DNA of 64,000 bases from Octopus vulgaris (GCA_951406725.2 OX597825.1:46996001-47060000), one strand, 5' to 3'. Counted from the stretch's first letter, positions 27,100-42,219 are shown. The notes: a model not told the origin generated them from the letters alone. Numbers and translations are program-made.

Positions 27100-28710
27100 T
27101 AGAAATTCTGGAAATTGCCAAAACAAGCGGGTTTCTAAGGAAAATCGTAATGTAAATTACAGCTTTTCCTTCTTACATTTGGCTTGTCAGCCCTGTTTAT
27201 TTCGCTAGACCCTAGTGTTGAGCACAATTCTGGGCCAATGGATTTTGTACCATTCAAATAAAAATCAGAAAATAAGAAATCGACATTTCTATCAGTTAAA
27301 AATCTTAATCGCTTTCGTGCTAAAATCAAAAGCCATTTATCATTTCTGGAAACATGCAAGCAAGAAAAAGTTATACCGAGCGGTCTTATATCATATATAC
27401 CAATGTCTGCAGTACAGCTTGACGATACATTGCTTCAAAAGTTTAAGCTGATTGGTGAGAGCAACTCATTTCATATAATGGAAGCTATTATTGAACACTA
27501 TCGTTCAAAATTAGTGTTGCTTGGTGCAGACATTAAGTAGATGTTGAGTGCCCTTGAATAAGTGTGTTCTTTTAAAAATTGTTTGAACTATTTGTGTAAT
27601 TCTTTGATGAACTTTGAAAAAACGGAAATTTCTGTCTCGAAGACCAAAAAGGAGAAGAAGCTGAAAAGGCTGATTTCCTCTTGGCCAGTTGGCAAGGAAA
27701 CATTTTGGTTGAGAAGATTTGCTTTGAAATATGAGGAGAAGTCGTTTTTACTTTCGGGACAAATGTTATGTGACAAACTTATTGACGCCGAGTTGAAAAA
27801 TCATAGCGGAAAATTTTCCTAAAATTTCAACCATTTTTCCTCACACGGAATTTCTAACATACAATCCACACCGCAAATTGTTCATTCATCTCACCGGCAC
27901 CAAGTATTTTGTTTGGTCGACTAATTTTTTCGGAGTTGTTTATATTTATGACAGTGAGTTTGAACTAATAACACAAATAACAATGCTGTACTCACCACAA
28001 ACAAACATAATTCCTCGAGTTCAAAAAGTTCATATTACTAATCCCCAAGTTGGTGCATATAATTTTGGCCTTTTTTCCCTGGTGTACGCATCTGAACTGG
28101 TCATTGGAAACGCTTCTGAGAAGTTTTTATTTGATCAGTCAAAAAAGCGAACATATATAAGATTTTGCCTTGAAAGTAATACATTTGTTCCTTTCCCGAA
28201 AGTAGAGGATTTTCAATCCTCTATCTTCCATCACCCACCCAAAAGTGGATTACTCCTAGAAAGACGACTAAAAATTATGATTTCTCACATGAACTTTCAG
28301 AACAATTTTTATCACCCAGTAGGTTCCATATTTTAAGTGAAAATTTCGAGCAAAGCCCAGAAGGTAATTAGGAATCTAATGAGAGTAAAACTCTGAAAAC
28401 CACTTGCCCAAGAAAATCCATCACACTAGAGAATAAGTAGGTCATAACGTTATCTACACTAAAACTTTCACCCGACGATGTCTCTGTCCTTGCGCTTGGA
28501 CTGAGTTTCTACGTAAGTACTAGGATTTCTACAAGAATATACTATCTCTTTCAGTTTGTCGGTCGTCACAAGCTGAAGGAATATTTTTTTGAAAATAAAA
28601 ATGGTAATGGGAAGTCAGAAAACCCTATGCTTACTGAAAATAAAAATGATAATGATCTAATTCGGCATAATTGGATTGAAAAGAATCCCAATGAGTATCT
28701 AGATAAAGTT
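27100..28710 (+). mobile_element. Penelope-like N-terminal region containing a Ulp1/SENP-like (C48) protease remnant
   Basis: HLSFLETCKQEKVIPSGL (~27334). ORF 27878-28336 has VYIYDS, QVGAYNFGLFSLVYA, FDQSKKRTYIRFCL..PFP. VITLSTLKLSPDDVSVLALGLSF at 28441. Confidence 0.6.
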
Positions 28711-29830
28711 CAGGATGGACGTTCACAAGCATAAATTAGGTTCTCAGAGGCACAAGTGAAACTAGTTTTAATTGTGAACCTCTGTCCTTCTTTGAAAAGG
28801 AAACCCGAGCCTTCAAGCATGTTGGGGCAGGTTCCACAGTTTGGGCGTCCACATTTTTCAACCGTTGGTTTCGTGGTTGTTTTGTAAAGCTTCGCATTTG
28901 TTAGTCGTCTCTTTTGCGATTTGTCTTGCATTTTACATTTGATGAGTTTTCAAGATGTCGTTCATTTTTGGATCCTTAGTTAGTAAAGGAAGATCTTGCA
29001 CAATAGTGTTAAATGTCTCACTGTTTCTGGGGTTGTGTGTTGATATAAATATTAATGTTTTGAGTTTAGGTGTGGTGTTGTTTTGTTGTTCTTAGTGTTT
29101 TTGTGTCTAATTGTTTGGCACGTTTAATTCCCTCGTTGATAAGTGAGGGTGAATATTGTCTTTCAATAAGCGTTGTTTTGAGGTCTTGAAGACGAAGGTC
29201 CCGAGTTGTTCTAGCAGACACTATTGTGCAAATCCTTTTTGCTAAATTGAAAGGGATGTTTATTTTGATGTGTTTCGGGTGGCATGAGTTAAAGAGAAGA
29301 AAATGTGCAGATAACATCAAACCAAATTTCCCAGTCTTCCCCTTCTACCTGTGCAAAGACACAATCCCTCCACTAGAACGTTTAAATAAGGAAACTTTTT
29401 TCATTGAAAAATATAGAACATGTCTTAATATGCACGCATAACCAATTTTTATCTTTTTACATATTTCAATTCACGATTACATCACTGTACATAAATCCCT
29501 TCACTAAACAAGGTTTTCGAAACTTGTCTGTCTGTTCACATATATATTCCCCTCTCATTACCGAAAGCTGAACAATTATCTCACTTACCCACAACAACAA
29601 TAATAACGATAACCAATTACCTCCCTTTATTTATCTACTTGTGAAGTCATTCACTCGTGAATTTCATCACACACAACATGGACAAAATTTCTTCTTAAGA
29701 AAAAATACATCTTCAAACAAGTAAAACATAATATCATGAATAGTGATAGCGAAACCGGTCGATATATTAAAAATTATATTAAAACTATGTAAGTGTGCGT
29801 ATTTTCCTTTTTTAATTTCTCATATATATG
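28711..29830 (+). mobile_element. Penelope-like element 3' end with inverted upstream segment
   Basis: Minus 29300-28711: FNSCHPKHIKINIPFNLAKRI, KCGRPNCGTCP, FTCASENLIY. Plus 29300-29441: FPVFPFY...FFIEKYRTCLN, then a UTR with a hammerhead. Confidence 0.85.
29731..29765 (+). ncRNA. Minimal type I hammerhead ribozyme (A3-U8 core variant)
   Basis: ATATC-ATGAATA-GT(GATA)GC-GAAA-CCGG-TC-GATAT: perfect 5-bp stem I, palindromic stem III, GUC site. Confidence 0.65.
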
Positions 29831-30281
29831 TTAGAGAATAAGACATAAGAATAAGAAAAATTTCCTGGTTAGATTGAGTTCATTGAACCATTTATCAAAT
29901 TGCGCTCGAGTGTAATTAAATGAACCAGTAAACAATTCGCAGAACACTTCCAATGAGAGTGTTCTTTTTATAAAGTTTGATATGATGTCTTCATTTTAAT
30001 TTTAATTTTACTAGCAACCTATTTGATGTATGTAGTTTATATTCTGAACCTAACTGTTTATATGTCATTAAAAGATGTAATTTTGTCAATTGGTTGTTTG
30101 ATAATATTATCAGTGAGAACGGTGAGTCTGCGTTCATCTTTTTCCTCTGAATTTTCTTTGTTGTATTCCTGTAGAGGGATTTAATTTTCATTTAGAAGAA
30201 ATTATTCCTATTACTCTCTTTTTGTTGTTTTATTCTGTTTTTTTTTCCTGAGATTTTCCCCTCACATTTCCTTGGGAATTT

Positions 30282-30470
30282 CATTACCTCCTCCAAGGAT
30301 GGAGGTTATGTTTTCATCGGCGTTTGTTTGTCCGTCTGTCCGTATGTGTGTAAAATAACTCCAAAAGTTGTGAACGGTATTTGATGAAACTTGCAGGAAA
30401 AGTTGGTAATGACACAAGGAACAGATGATGAAATCTTGGTAGTGATCTGGGAATTTTTATGGATTCTTGT
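30282..30470 (+). mobile_element. Short HINE/DINE-1-like element
   Basis: ACCTCC...GGAGGT hairpin, (GTCY)n microsatellite, then AAAAGTTGTGAACGG..TTTGATGAAACTT block. Confidence 0.55.
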
Positions 30471-31139
30471 TTGTAATTATTTCTTTCTCATATGATAAAA
30501 TTGTTAATATTGTTAGTGAATGGGGTTTTTGTTCATCTATTTATAATATTGGACCTAAAAGTATTTTCTTTGCAATACCTCGAGTTTTAGTTAGAGATGC
30601 CTCAGGACCCCATGCTTGTTATCTATTTGTTGTGGTTATATTCAGCTCTATGGTGGTATTTACTTTTATATCTTGAATCATCAATCTCATGACTTTTTAC
30701 CTCGGTGTCTTCTGACTATGGTTCTGCTTTGTGCTATAGTCTTTGTGGGGCATTATCCCAACCTCCAGCCACAGATTACCTTTTCTTAAGTTTGCTTTGA
30801 TCATTCTCCCATACTATGACACAAAACTCACTACACCCATGCTTTTACATTTTGTCCATTGTCTTATCGTGCATCTTGTGTTTCTTCAACCCATATAATG
30901 GAGCATAACTGTATATTCAGAAATATGCCCGACAATTTTAGCAGTGTTTTGGATGCATTTTCAGTTTTAAAGGTACAGTAGATAGTGCAATCTTTGTTTA
31001 GCATGTTTACTGTTATTTTTATCAGCAATTATATGACAGCACTCGAGATTTTATCTATAAGTTGTCTCTTTGATTTTCAAAGAACAATGATACTCAGTTC
31101 TTTGTACTCTGCTTCATCTTCATTATCTTTTGAGGAGAA

Positions 31140-32736
31140 GCATTAGACAAACAAAGCGCTAAAAAATGAATAACTGAAAAAGCTTATAAACAAATGACAG
31201 GATAAACCTCTCCATGGTCAGTATCCCAAACGAATAAAGGAAACAGATATAGATAAAGAACTCGCTAGTTTCGGCCTAAAGGAAGAATTCGAAGGTTTTG
31301 TAATGGCAGTTCTGGATCAATTTCTACCCACAATAAACTACCAAACAAACATTCTCCACAATGGTGTTGATCCAAACTGTAGACTATGTGATAATATTAT
31401 GGAAATTATCGATCACATTGTAGCTGTCTCCTCTAAACTCACAATAACTGAGTACAAAAACCAGACATGACCGAATAGGGCAGTATCTACGTTGGAACAA
31501 CTGCCGTCATTTTGATATCCCTCTTCTTAAAAACTGAACACCACCCGAAAACTCAGAGGGTAGTTGAGTTACAATTTTGTGGTGCTGACAGACAGATAAA
31601 GCCCAATACACCTGGTATTATTATCAAAGATCATTGACAAAATGCTTGCTGTCAAATAGATATGAAAATGCCAATTGATCGAAGTGTCTCAGTAAAAAAA
31701 TTCGAAAATTTAGCTACATTCTAGGATCTAGAGAAAGAAATCAACAAATTGAAGACAGTTACTCTACTGGTAGTAGTAGGAGCACTAGACATGGTTTAAA
31801 AAGGGTCTTCAACCTTCGTTGATAAAATGCCTGGAAAATCAAATTTGCACGAGGCTAAAATTACCGCAAAAATTCATCTCTTAATTTGGATCAAAAGTCG
31901 TGTTAGATTTCTTCAGTTGAGAACGACGTTTTTTTTTAAAACAACTTAAAATCAAGGTTATTTTTCCTACTTATAGGAAATTGTTCATCGACTTTTGATA
32001 CAGGAAATTATTTACTTCCAAAAAAATCAAGAAGTCATAACCCCAATATATATATCCTAAAAACCGCGTCGATGTAAGGGCTGAAATAATTTCATCCTGC
32101 TTCGTAACTAAATCTTTATAGATCTGAAGTGAACCCCAGCTCACATATCGGTGACAATGCTGCTGCTATAACGTCTACACTTCCAGCTGATTGCTAAATG
32201 CTGTCCAAATATGCCACATTCACTGATCTAAAGAATGTTCCTTTTCTTCATGTCTAGTGCTGTTATCTGCATATGGACTAATAAGCTATCCCAGTACATT
32301 CACATTCCTAAAAACTGGTATGAACATAGCCTGAAAACTGTCTCAGAGAGTAAGAGAGTTACTATTTTGTGTGGCTTTACCATGCATGCTGACAGATATA
32401 CCTGATCTTATTATCAAAAATCATTGACAAAATGCTTGCTGTGAAATAGATATGACAATGCCAGTTGATCAAAATGTCTCAGTCGAAAAATTCGAAAAGT
32501 TAGTTACATTCTAGAATACAGAAAAAAAAATCAGTAAGTTGTGAAAACTGAAAACAGTTACTCTACCGGAAGTAGTAGGAGTACTAGGCACTAGTTTAAA
32601 AAAGGGTCTTCAACCGTCGTTGATAAAATACCTGGAAAATCAAATTTGCACGAGGCTAAAAGACTGCTATCGTTACTAGCATTAGGTTTCAAGTACAGGC
32701 CTGGCTAATAATTAAATGCCTCGAAATCAAGCTAAA
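31140..32736 (+). mobile_element. Decayed R4/Dong-type C-terminus with local duplication
   Basis: KPLHGQYP, EGFVMAVLDQ, CRLC...IDHIV, RHDRIGQYL, then RLE remnants. ~31525-31860 is repeated at ~32305-32661. Confidence 0.8.
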
Positions 32737-34410
<1,674 letters not shown>

Positions 34411-34963
34411 GCCCTAATGCAGTACCAGACTGGCTCTCATGGCTTTTGATCTTAACTGATTGGAAGTGCTATCATGTACATTGTTTTGTCTTGGTATAAA
34501 AGATGGGCTACAGCAAATATTCTGCTCAATACCACAGATTTGCTTGTCAGTTGTTTGACCTTAACCAGTTGAGCATGTCCCTTGGTGGCTGACGATATGT
34601 GCATCTCTGATCACGAGCAGAAGTAGTGGGGGAGCATCATAGCCATGTGTTGAGAGGGATTCTTTGGGGTTTGAATAATTCACCTTTGGAAACATGGGTG
34701 TTTTGTTCATCATCCTTAAACAAACCCTTATTCAGGGACCTTTTGAATGGGATGGGCTACTCAACCTGAAGAAAATTCTAACTGGGCCCCACCTGCAAGG
34801 TCATGTGCTGTTTATCTTGATATGAGATCACCATGTCGCGCACATATGGTTGTGATGCATGTGCCTGGTGTACCCTTATCAGACGGGTAGTCATGATGGG
34901 TATATTGGGCTTCGTATATTTTACCCCAGTGTCACTTTGATGGCATGCACTACTCTCTCACTC
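34411..34963 (+). mobile_element. ~550-bp non-coding, non-autonomous retroelement in (AAT)n, copy 1
   Basis: Alignable end to end with 35217-35768 and 40116-40669; (AAT)n on both sides. Confidence 0.85.
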
Positions 34964-35211
<248 letters not shown>

Positions 35212-35216
35212 TAAAT

Positions 35217-35768
35217 GCCCTGATGCAGTACCAGGCAGTGGCTTTCATGGCTTTTCATCTTAACTGATTGGAAGTGTTATCATGCACTTTGTTTTGTCTT
35301 GGTATAAAACATGTTCTACAGCAAATATTCTGCTCAATACCACAGATTTGCTTGTCAGTTGTTTGACCTTAACTAGTTGAGCATTTCCCTAAGTGGCTGA
35401 CTATGTGTGCATCTCTGATCACGAGCAGAAGTAGTGGGGGAGCATCATAGCCATGTGTTGAGAGGAATTATTTAGGGTTTGGATAATTCACCTCAGGAAA
35501 CATGGGGTTTTGTTCAACCTCCACAAAAACCTTTATTCAGGTACCTTTTGAGCGGAATCGGCTACTCAACCTGAAAAAAATTCAAACTGGGCTCCACATG
35601 CGAAGTCATGTACAGTTTATCTTGATATGAGATAACCTTGTCACGCACATATGGTCGTGATGCATGTGCCTGGTGTACCTTAATCGGACGGGTAGTCATG
35701 ATGGGTATACTCGGCTTCGTATATTTTACCCAAGTGTAACATTAATGGCATGTACTGCCCTCTCACTC
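35217..35768 (+). mobile_element. ~550-bp non-autonomous element, copy 2
   Basis: Same GCCCTGATGCAGTACCAG start and CTCTCACTC-AATAAT end. Confidence 0.85.
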
Positions 35769-35796
35769 AATAATAATAATAATAATAATAATAATA

Positions 35797-37071
35797 AAGC
35801 TCAACGAGATAATAGAGAAGGAAATGAAAGAGCAACTGAGGATGGAATATGTCTGAAGAGTAAGGTTGGTGTTGCGCTCAATATAGATAGGATGGAATAA
35901 AATCCAAGCAGTTAATACATGGGTGATAGCATCACTTCGGTATAGAGCTTGAATTATAAAATGGCAAAGGAAAGTACTAATGAAAATGGCTACGAAAAAA
36001 ACAAAACAAAACAAATATTGACAATACACGGGCCTTCCATCCTAAGAGTGATACCGATAGTCTGTACTTACTAGAAGAAAGGTTGGGAGAGGTTTGATCA
36101 GTTGCCAGGTTTGTATCGAAGCAGATGAGCCTGGGGAGTTATGTACAAAAATGCTGTGGAACCATTTTTGAAATATGCGAAGAAAACTGGCGTCATTAAA
36201 CTGTGAATTTTGTAAAGAAAGAAAAAATTTAAAGAGGGAAAAAACAAAAAAAAACAAAAAGAAACAAAAAGAAACAAAAAGAAATTGAAGGAAAAAATGT
36301 GCAGTCAGTTTGCAAGAGAAGTAAACGCCAAGACAGATACAGAAGACTGGTAACTATGGATGAGGAGGATGTGCGCAGCTGAAGAATAAGCTTTAAGGAA
36401 TAACTATGTGAAGTGAAGAATCGACAACACTACCGAGAGCGACAAACGCAGAATATGTGGTGAGTGGGGTGAAACAGCATGTCGGATCGGTTGCGAATGA
36501 CCGAAATTGGCACAACTCAAATACAATAGACGACATAACAATGTGGCAAGAATGATCCATTGGGAACCCTGAAAATCACAACCTACAAAGAGCAAAGACA
36601 TGGTATGAGAAAACCCCAGAAGGAGTCACCGAGAATGAAAATTACAAAATCCTGTGGGATGCAATGATTCAGTGCGATCATCTGGCCAGACATCGGACCC
36701 AGACATTCTTGTATTGAATAAAAAAGAAAGAACATGCATGATAATCGACATAGCATGTCACGGTGACAACAGGATCAAAGAGAAAGAAGAAAAATAAACA
36801 ACTATGACAATTTGAAGTAGAAAATACGAAGTTTGTGGTCAATGAAGAGAGTAGACGTGATGCCAATAGTTATTGGCACACTTGGATGTATCAGCACTCA
36901 ACTCCAGCATGGCTCGAATCGTTTGGTACAAATGTAAAGCTAGAATACCTACAAAAATTAGTATTGTTTGGAACTGCAACAAATCTTCGCAGACGAGTAA
37001 ACAAGTGTCACCTTAGTCTGCTGGCCGTGGACAGTTGACACTTTCCATCATACCCAGCAAAATAAGTTTTC

Positions 37072-37074
<3 letters not shown>
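35797..37074 (+). mobile_element. 5'-truncated R4/Dong-type element
   Basis: GLHPKSD..LYLTRRKVGRGL, RICGEWGET, RRHNNVARMIHW, ILWD...PDIL, IIDIAC, PIVIGTLG across broken frames; between (AAT)n tracts. Confidence 0.85.
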
Positions 37075-37149
<75 letters not shown>

Positions 37150-37152
37150 GTA

Positions 37153-37247
37153 ACCCTCAGAGCATCACAACAAATCACAGCACATACCCAAGGCACACAG
37201 AGCTGCGCTTGGTAGTGAAGTGAAAGCACGTTATAAAAATAAAATTA

Positions 37248-37250
<3 letters not shown>
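37153..37250 (+). mobile_element. 3'-UTR-only copy of the R4 family at 16745-17183
   Basis: Near-identical to ~17085-17183; (AAT)n on both sides. Confidence 0.9.
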
Positions 37251-37304
<54 letters not shown>

Positions 37305-37318
37305 TTCGTTTATATATT

Positions 37319-37810
37319 AATACGCTAAATCTAAATGCATTACGCTGTCATGTGGTGAATTGATGAAAGAGGTGAAGAGCGAAAGAAAAAGAGAGGGAAT
37401 TGCCAACGACGTGAGGTAGGGGGAAGTAGTAGTTAATACGCTAAGACCGAATATGCGACGCTGTCACGTGGTTAGAGCAAAGGAGAAGAAGAAGAGAGAG
37501 AGAAAGAGAAAGAGAAGATTGCTAGCGCTAAGAGCCAGGAGAAAGGTATTGTTATTACGTTGTTTGCTTAGTTGAAGAAAGCTAAAAATAGAAAGAGGAA
37601 TAAATAAACGTGAAGGATATAATGAGATATAAATAAAAGTAAAGGAGCATGTGGTGTAGTAAAAGCGAGAGGCAAAGAGAGAGAGAGAGAGGGGGGAAGA
37701 GAGGGAGAATAAGAGAGAGTGAGAGAGAAAGAGAAAGAAAGAGTGAGAGAGAGAGAGAGTAAGAGAGAGAGAGTGTGTGAAATAGAGAGGGAGAGAGTGA
37801 GAGTGAGTGT
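37319..37810. repeat. Diverged ~117-bp tandem duplication followed by a (GA)-rich tract
   Basis: TTAATACGCTAA...ACGCTGTCAYGTGGT...GATTGC units near 37317 and 37433. Confidence 0.55.
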
Positions 37811-38272
37811 TAACTGAAAGGAACGTTTGAGTTAAAAGCAGTTACATGATTTTAGACGTTCTATATTAGAATATTGTGACAGACAATAAAAATGAAAGTT
37901 TAGTTCTCACAGGTTTTAATGTCTTACCATTTCTATAGCTTCAATCGGTCTGTGTTATATATTTGTATTGATAGATTCATTGATGGGTAGAAGATAGAAA
38001 GACAGGTGAGTAGACATATCGACACACAGTTAACGTCAAAGTGATATAACCATAGCAAATAGTAGCGGATATTACTTTTACATTTTTATGTGTAGCAGCC
38101 CAAAGGCTGAGGCCATGCTGGGGTACTGCAATTATTCAAGTTTGTTATTTTTTAGTTATATGATTTAAATGCTTATCTTTATTGTTAGAGTAAACAGGTA
38201 CATTGGTAGAAACATAAGTAGAAATAGGATAGACAGATACATAAATTGTCAGAGAGGTAAGTAGGTAGGTAG

Positions 38273-38308
<36 letters not shown>

Positions 38309-40115
38309 TGTTTCTTATTGACAAACGACTCTCGAGATACAAATAACTAACGAAAGAGTTCTAATGCATTAGGTGGGGTAGACAGAAATGAAGATCAAAA
38401 TATTAGTTAATGCCCCTGAGTGGCCATGTGCGTATGTATGAGTGAGAATTATCGAAATAAATTTGATTTTATGTCAATATGTCCATGCTGTCAATGCAAA
38501 ATTAGAAAATCATTGTTACTGAAGGAGTCAAATTCTGAAGTCGTTTCCGCTTAAATATTTATCTCGCCATTTTCTAATCTAAAACAAGAAACCTGAGATG
38601 TTAAGCTGAAAGTTAAATTCAAGCCGTGGATTTCTCCCATATTTTGTGATTAAATAATTATCACGGCGAGTGACTTTTCAGTTTCATTTTTCTCCGGAAT
38701 GTGCAGATACAATGGATTGTATTTCTGAATTAAATCGGTGAAAATAACTGAAACTCTGTCATGGACAAATTTACAAAAATTGAACGTTATTTTATTGGTT
38801 GTTGTGTTCATAATTTATTATTGCTAGAACCAGTGTTACGATACTATTAGCAAGTGTTTTCGAAATAATGAAATATATACATATATTTCATATTTTATTT
38901 GTTTTATCTGTTGTTTTTATATTCATTAAAAAAAGGAACAGGTTGTTTAGAGGTTAACACTTTTCACAAAAACAGTAGTAGAGGTTATAGCATTCATGTT
39001 GTGGTCATTTCTGTAAGTTCGAAGAAGTAGTTGAATAATCCTGGCAGAGATAAGAGATCTCGTACAACTATGTTTTACTTAGATGGATACATTACTGTGA
39101 TATATATAAAGAACGTGACGAAACATTGAACGTATAAAAAAAATAAATTGCGTTCAACATTTATGTAAAATCGAGTTACGTACCACAGCTCTGACCTTTA
39201 AGGTCAGAGCATAGATATTAAGCCATAATGTTTGAATATATGCAAATATTTAAACATTTTAACATTGCTGTATTAAATATTTTTAAACAAAAAGAAGGTA
39301 CATGATTTGATACGATTTGGCCGACGGACACTTGAAGAAAATTGAATTTCTCATAATTTAAGAATCTCCTAGAAGTTCTATTAATCTTCACACTGTCAGA
39401 GTGTCAGAGATGAGCATTATAAAGTGATTTTCATCAATAAATCGATTTCAAAGTAATGATAATCACATGTAATTTTTATGATAAAGCAGGGACGTCGAAG
39501 TTGTTTGTATAGAAAATATTTTTATATAATCATAATACTCTTCCGACGGAAAAATTGTGTGACGGAGTGTTTTTATTACAGCACTTCTGAGTCATATCCA
39601 TACCAAATATTATCAAAATCCATATTCCTAAATGCACACAAAAATTCAGTGGCTTTTTATTACCACAAATATTCCAGATATTTGACTATGCGATGGTGTA
39701 GAAATAAACATTTATTATGTATATTTTGAAACAGCATCGATATATTTGATGTTGCTGAAAGTTCAACATTGCTATCAACAACACCATGTGACTAGGCTTG
39801 AACAGCGGCAGATTATTCTGATAACGTGACATTGGTCCATCAATGTTTTGAAAACACCAATGTCACGTTATCAGAATAAAGTAATGGTAATTTCAAAATC
39901 GTTTAAAGGATTTTGAAGTAATATAGAGGAAACAGGCAATTAACAGAAGACAAAATTGTAAAAATTACTCTGGCCTTGAACAACGGCAGCCTAATTTCCA
40001 GTAACCATCTTCGACATCCTCCATGTCCAAGTTGGGTCGTACGAGCCTGACGTGTTACTTCCTGTGACGAGCTTACAACCGGGTCAAACTACTTTACGTC
40101 TGATGCAGTTCTTAT

Positions 40116-40669
40116 GCGCTGATGCAGTACTAGGCAGTGGCTCTCATGGCTTCTGATCTAAACTGATTAGAAGTGCCATCATATACATGTTTTGTCTTGG
40201 TATAAAAGATGGGCTACAGCAAATATTATGCTCAATATCACAGATTTGCTTGTTAGTTGCTTGACTCTGAACAACTGAGCATGTCCCTTAGTGGCTGACG
40301 AAATGTGCATTTCTAATCACAAGCAGAAGTAGTTGGGGTAGCATCATAGCCATGTGTTGTGAAGGACTCTTAGGGGTTTGAATAATTCACCTTCGGAAAC
40401 ATAGGTGTTTCATTCATCGTCCTTAACAAACCTTATTCAGGGAGCTTTTGAGCAGAATGGGCTACTTAACTTGACGAAAATTGTAACTGGGCCCCTTCTG
40501 CAAGGTCATGCGCTACTTATCTTGATATGAGATCACCATGCCATGCACATATGGTTGTGATGCATATGCCTAGTCTGCCCGTATCAGACAGGCAGTCATG
40601 ATGGGTATATTGATCTTCGTATATTTGTACCACAGTGTCACTTTGATTGCATGCACTGCTCTCTCACGC
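40116..40669 (+). mobile_element. ~550-bp non-autonomous element, copy 3 (more diverged)
   Basis: Aligns to 34411-34963 along its full length. Confidence 0.85.
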
Positions 40670-40759
40670 AATATTTGTAATAACAATGAATTCAAATTTT
40701 GCCACAAGGGCAGCAATATTTGGGGAAGGGACCAGGCGATTATATCGATCCTAGTGTTC

Positions 40760-40807
<48 letters not shown>

Positions 40808-40824
40808 TAATAATAGTAATAACT

Positions 40825-41540
<716 letters not shown>

Positions 41541-41542
41541 GA

Positions 41543-41752
41543 TTTCTAACTTTTACCACAAGGGCAGCTTGGGGGAGGGTATTAAGTCGATTACATCGAT
41601 CCCAGTGCGTAGCTGGTTCTTATTTAATCGACCCTGAAAGGATGAAAGGCAAAGTGGATCTTGACGGAATTTGAACTCAGCACATAAAGACGGACGAAAT
41701 GCCGTAAATCATTTTGCACAGTATGCTAGATTTTCTGCCACCTCGCCGCTTT
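41543..41752 (-). mobile_element. tRNA-like SINE
   Basis: Reverse complement of the GGCGGCGAG.TGGCAGAA...GAGTTCAAATTCC...GCCTTTCATCCTTTC family (A- and B-box-like motifs). Confidence 0.85.
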
Positions 41753-41809
41753 AATGATAGTAATAGCAGTAATGATGATGATGATGATGATGATGAGGAT
41801 AATAATAAT

Positions 41810-42219
41810 TGCTTGACCTTAACCAGTTCAGCATGTCCCTTAGTTGCTGACGATATGTGCATCTCTGATCACGAGCAGAAGTAGTGGGGAAGCATCATAG
41901 CCAAGTGTTGAGAGGGATTCTTAGAGGTTTGGATAATTCACCTTTCGAAACATGGGTGGTTCGTTCAACATCTTTAAACAATCTTTATTCAGGGACCTTT
42001 TGAGCGGGATGGGTTACTCGACTAGAAGAAATTTCTAACTGGGCCCCACTTGCAAGGTCATGCGCTGTTTATCTTGATATGAGATCACCATGTCGTGCAC
42101 ATATGGTTGATGCATGTGCCTAGTGTACCCTTATCAGATGGGTAGTCATGATAGGTATACTGGGCTTCGTATATTTTACCCCAGTGTCACTTTGATGGCA
42201 TGCACTTGCTCTCTCAGTC
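41810..42219 (+). mobile_element. ~550-bp non-autonomous element, copy 4 (5'-truncated)
   Basis: Lacks the first ~140 bp and keeps the 3' end; AAT/GAT repeats on both sides. Confidence 0.85.

Noticed and set aside
28711-29441. Selenocysteine-encoding (Naiad-type) PLE
   Set aside because: The visible conserved Cys positions are ordinary TGY codons, and no SECIS was recognised.
34411-34500. HDV-like ribozyme or tRNA head at the 5' end of the 550-bp element
   Set aside because: I could not fit the P1/P3/L3 pseudoknot or A/B boxes by eye; left open for a computational search.
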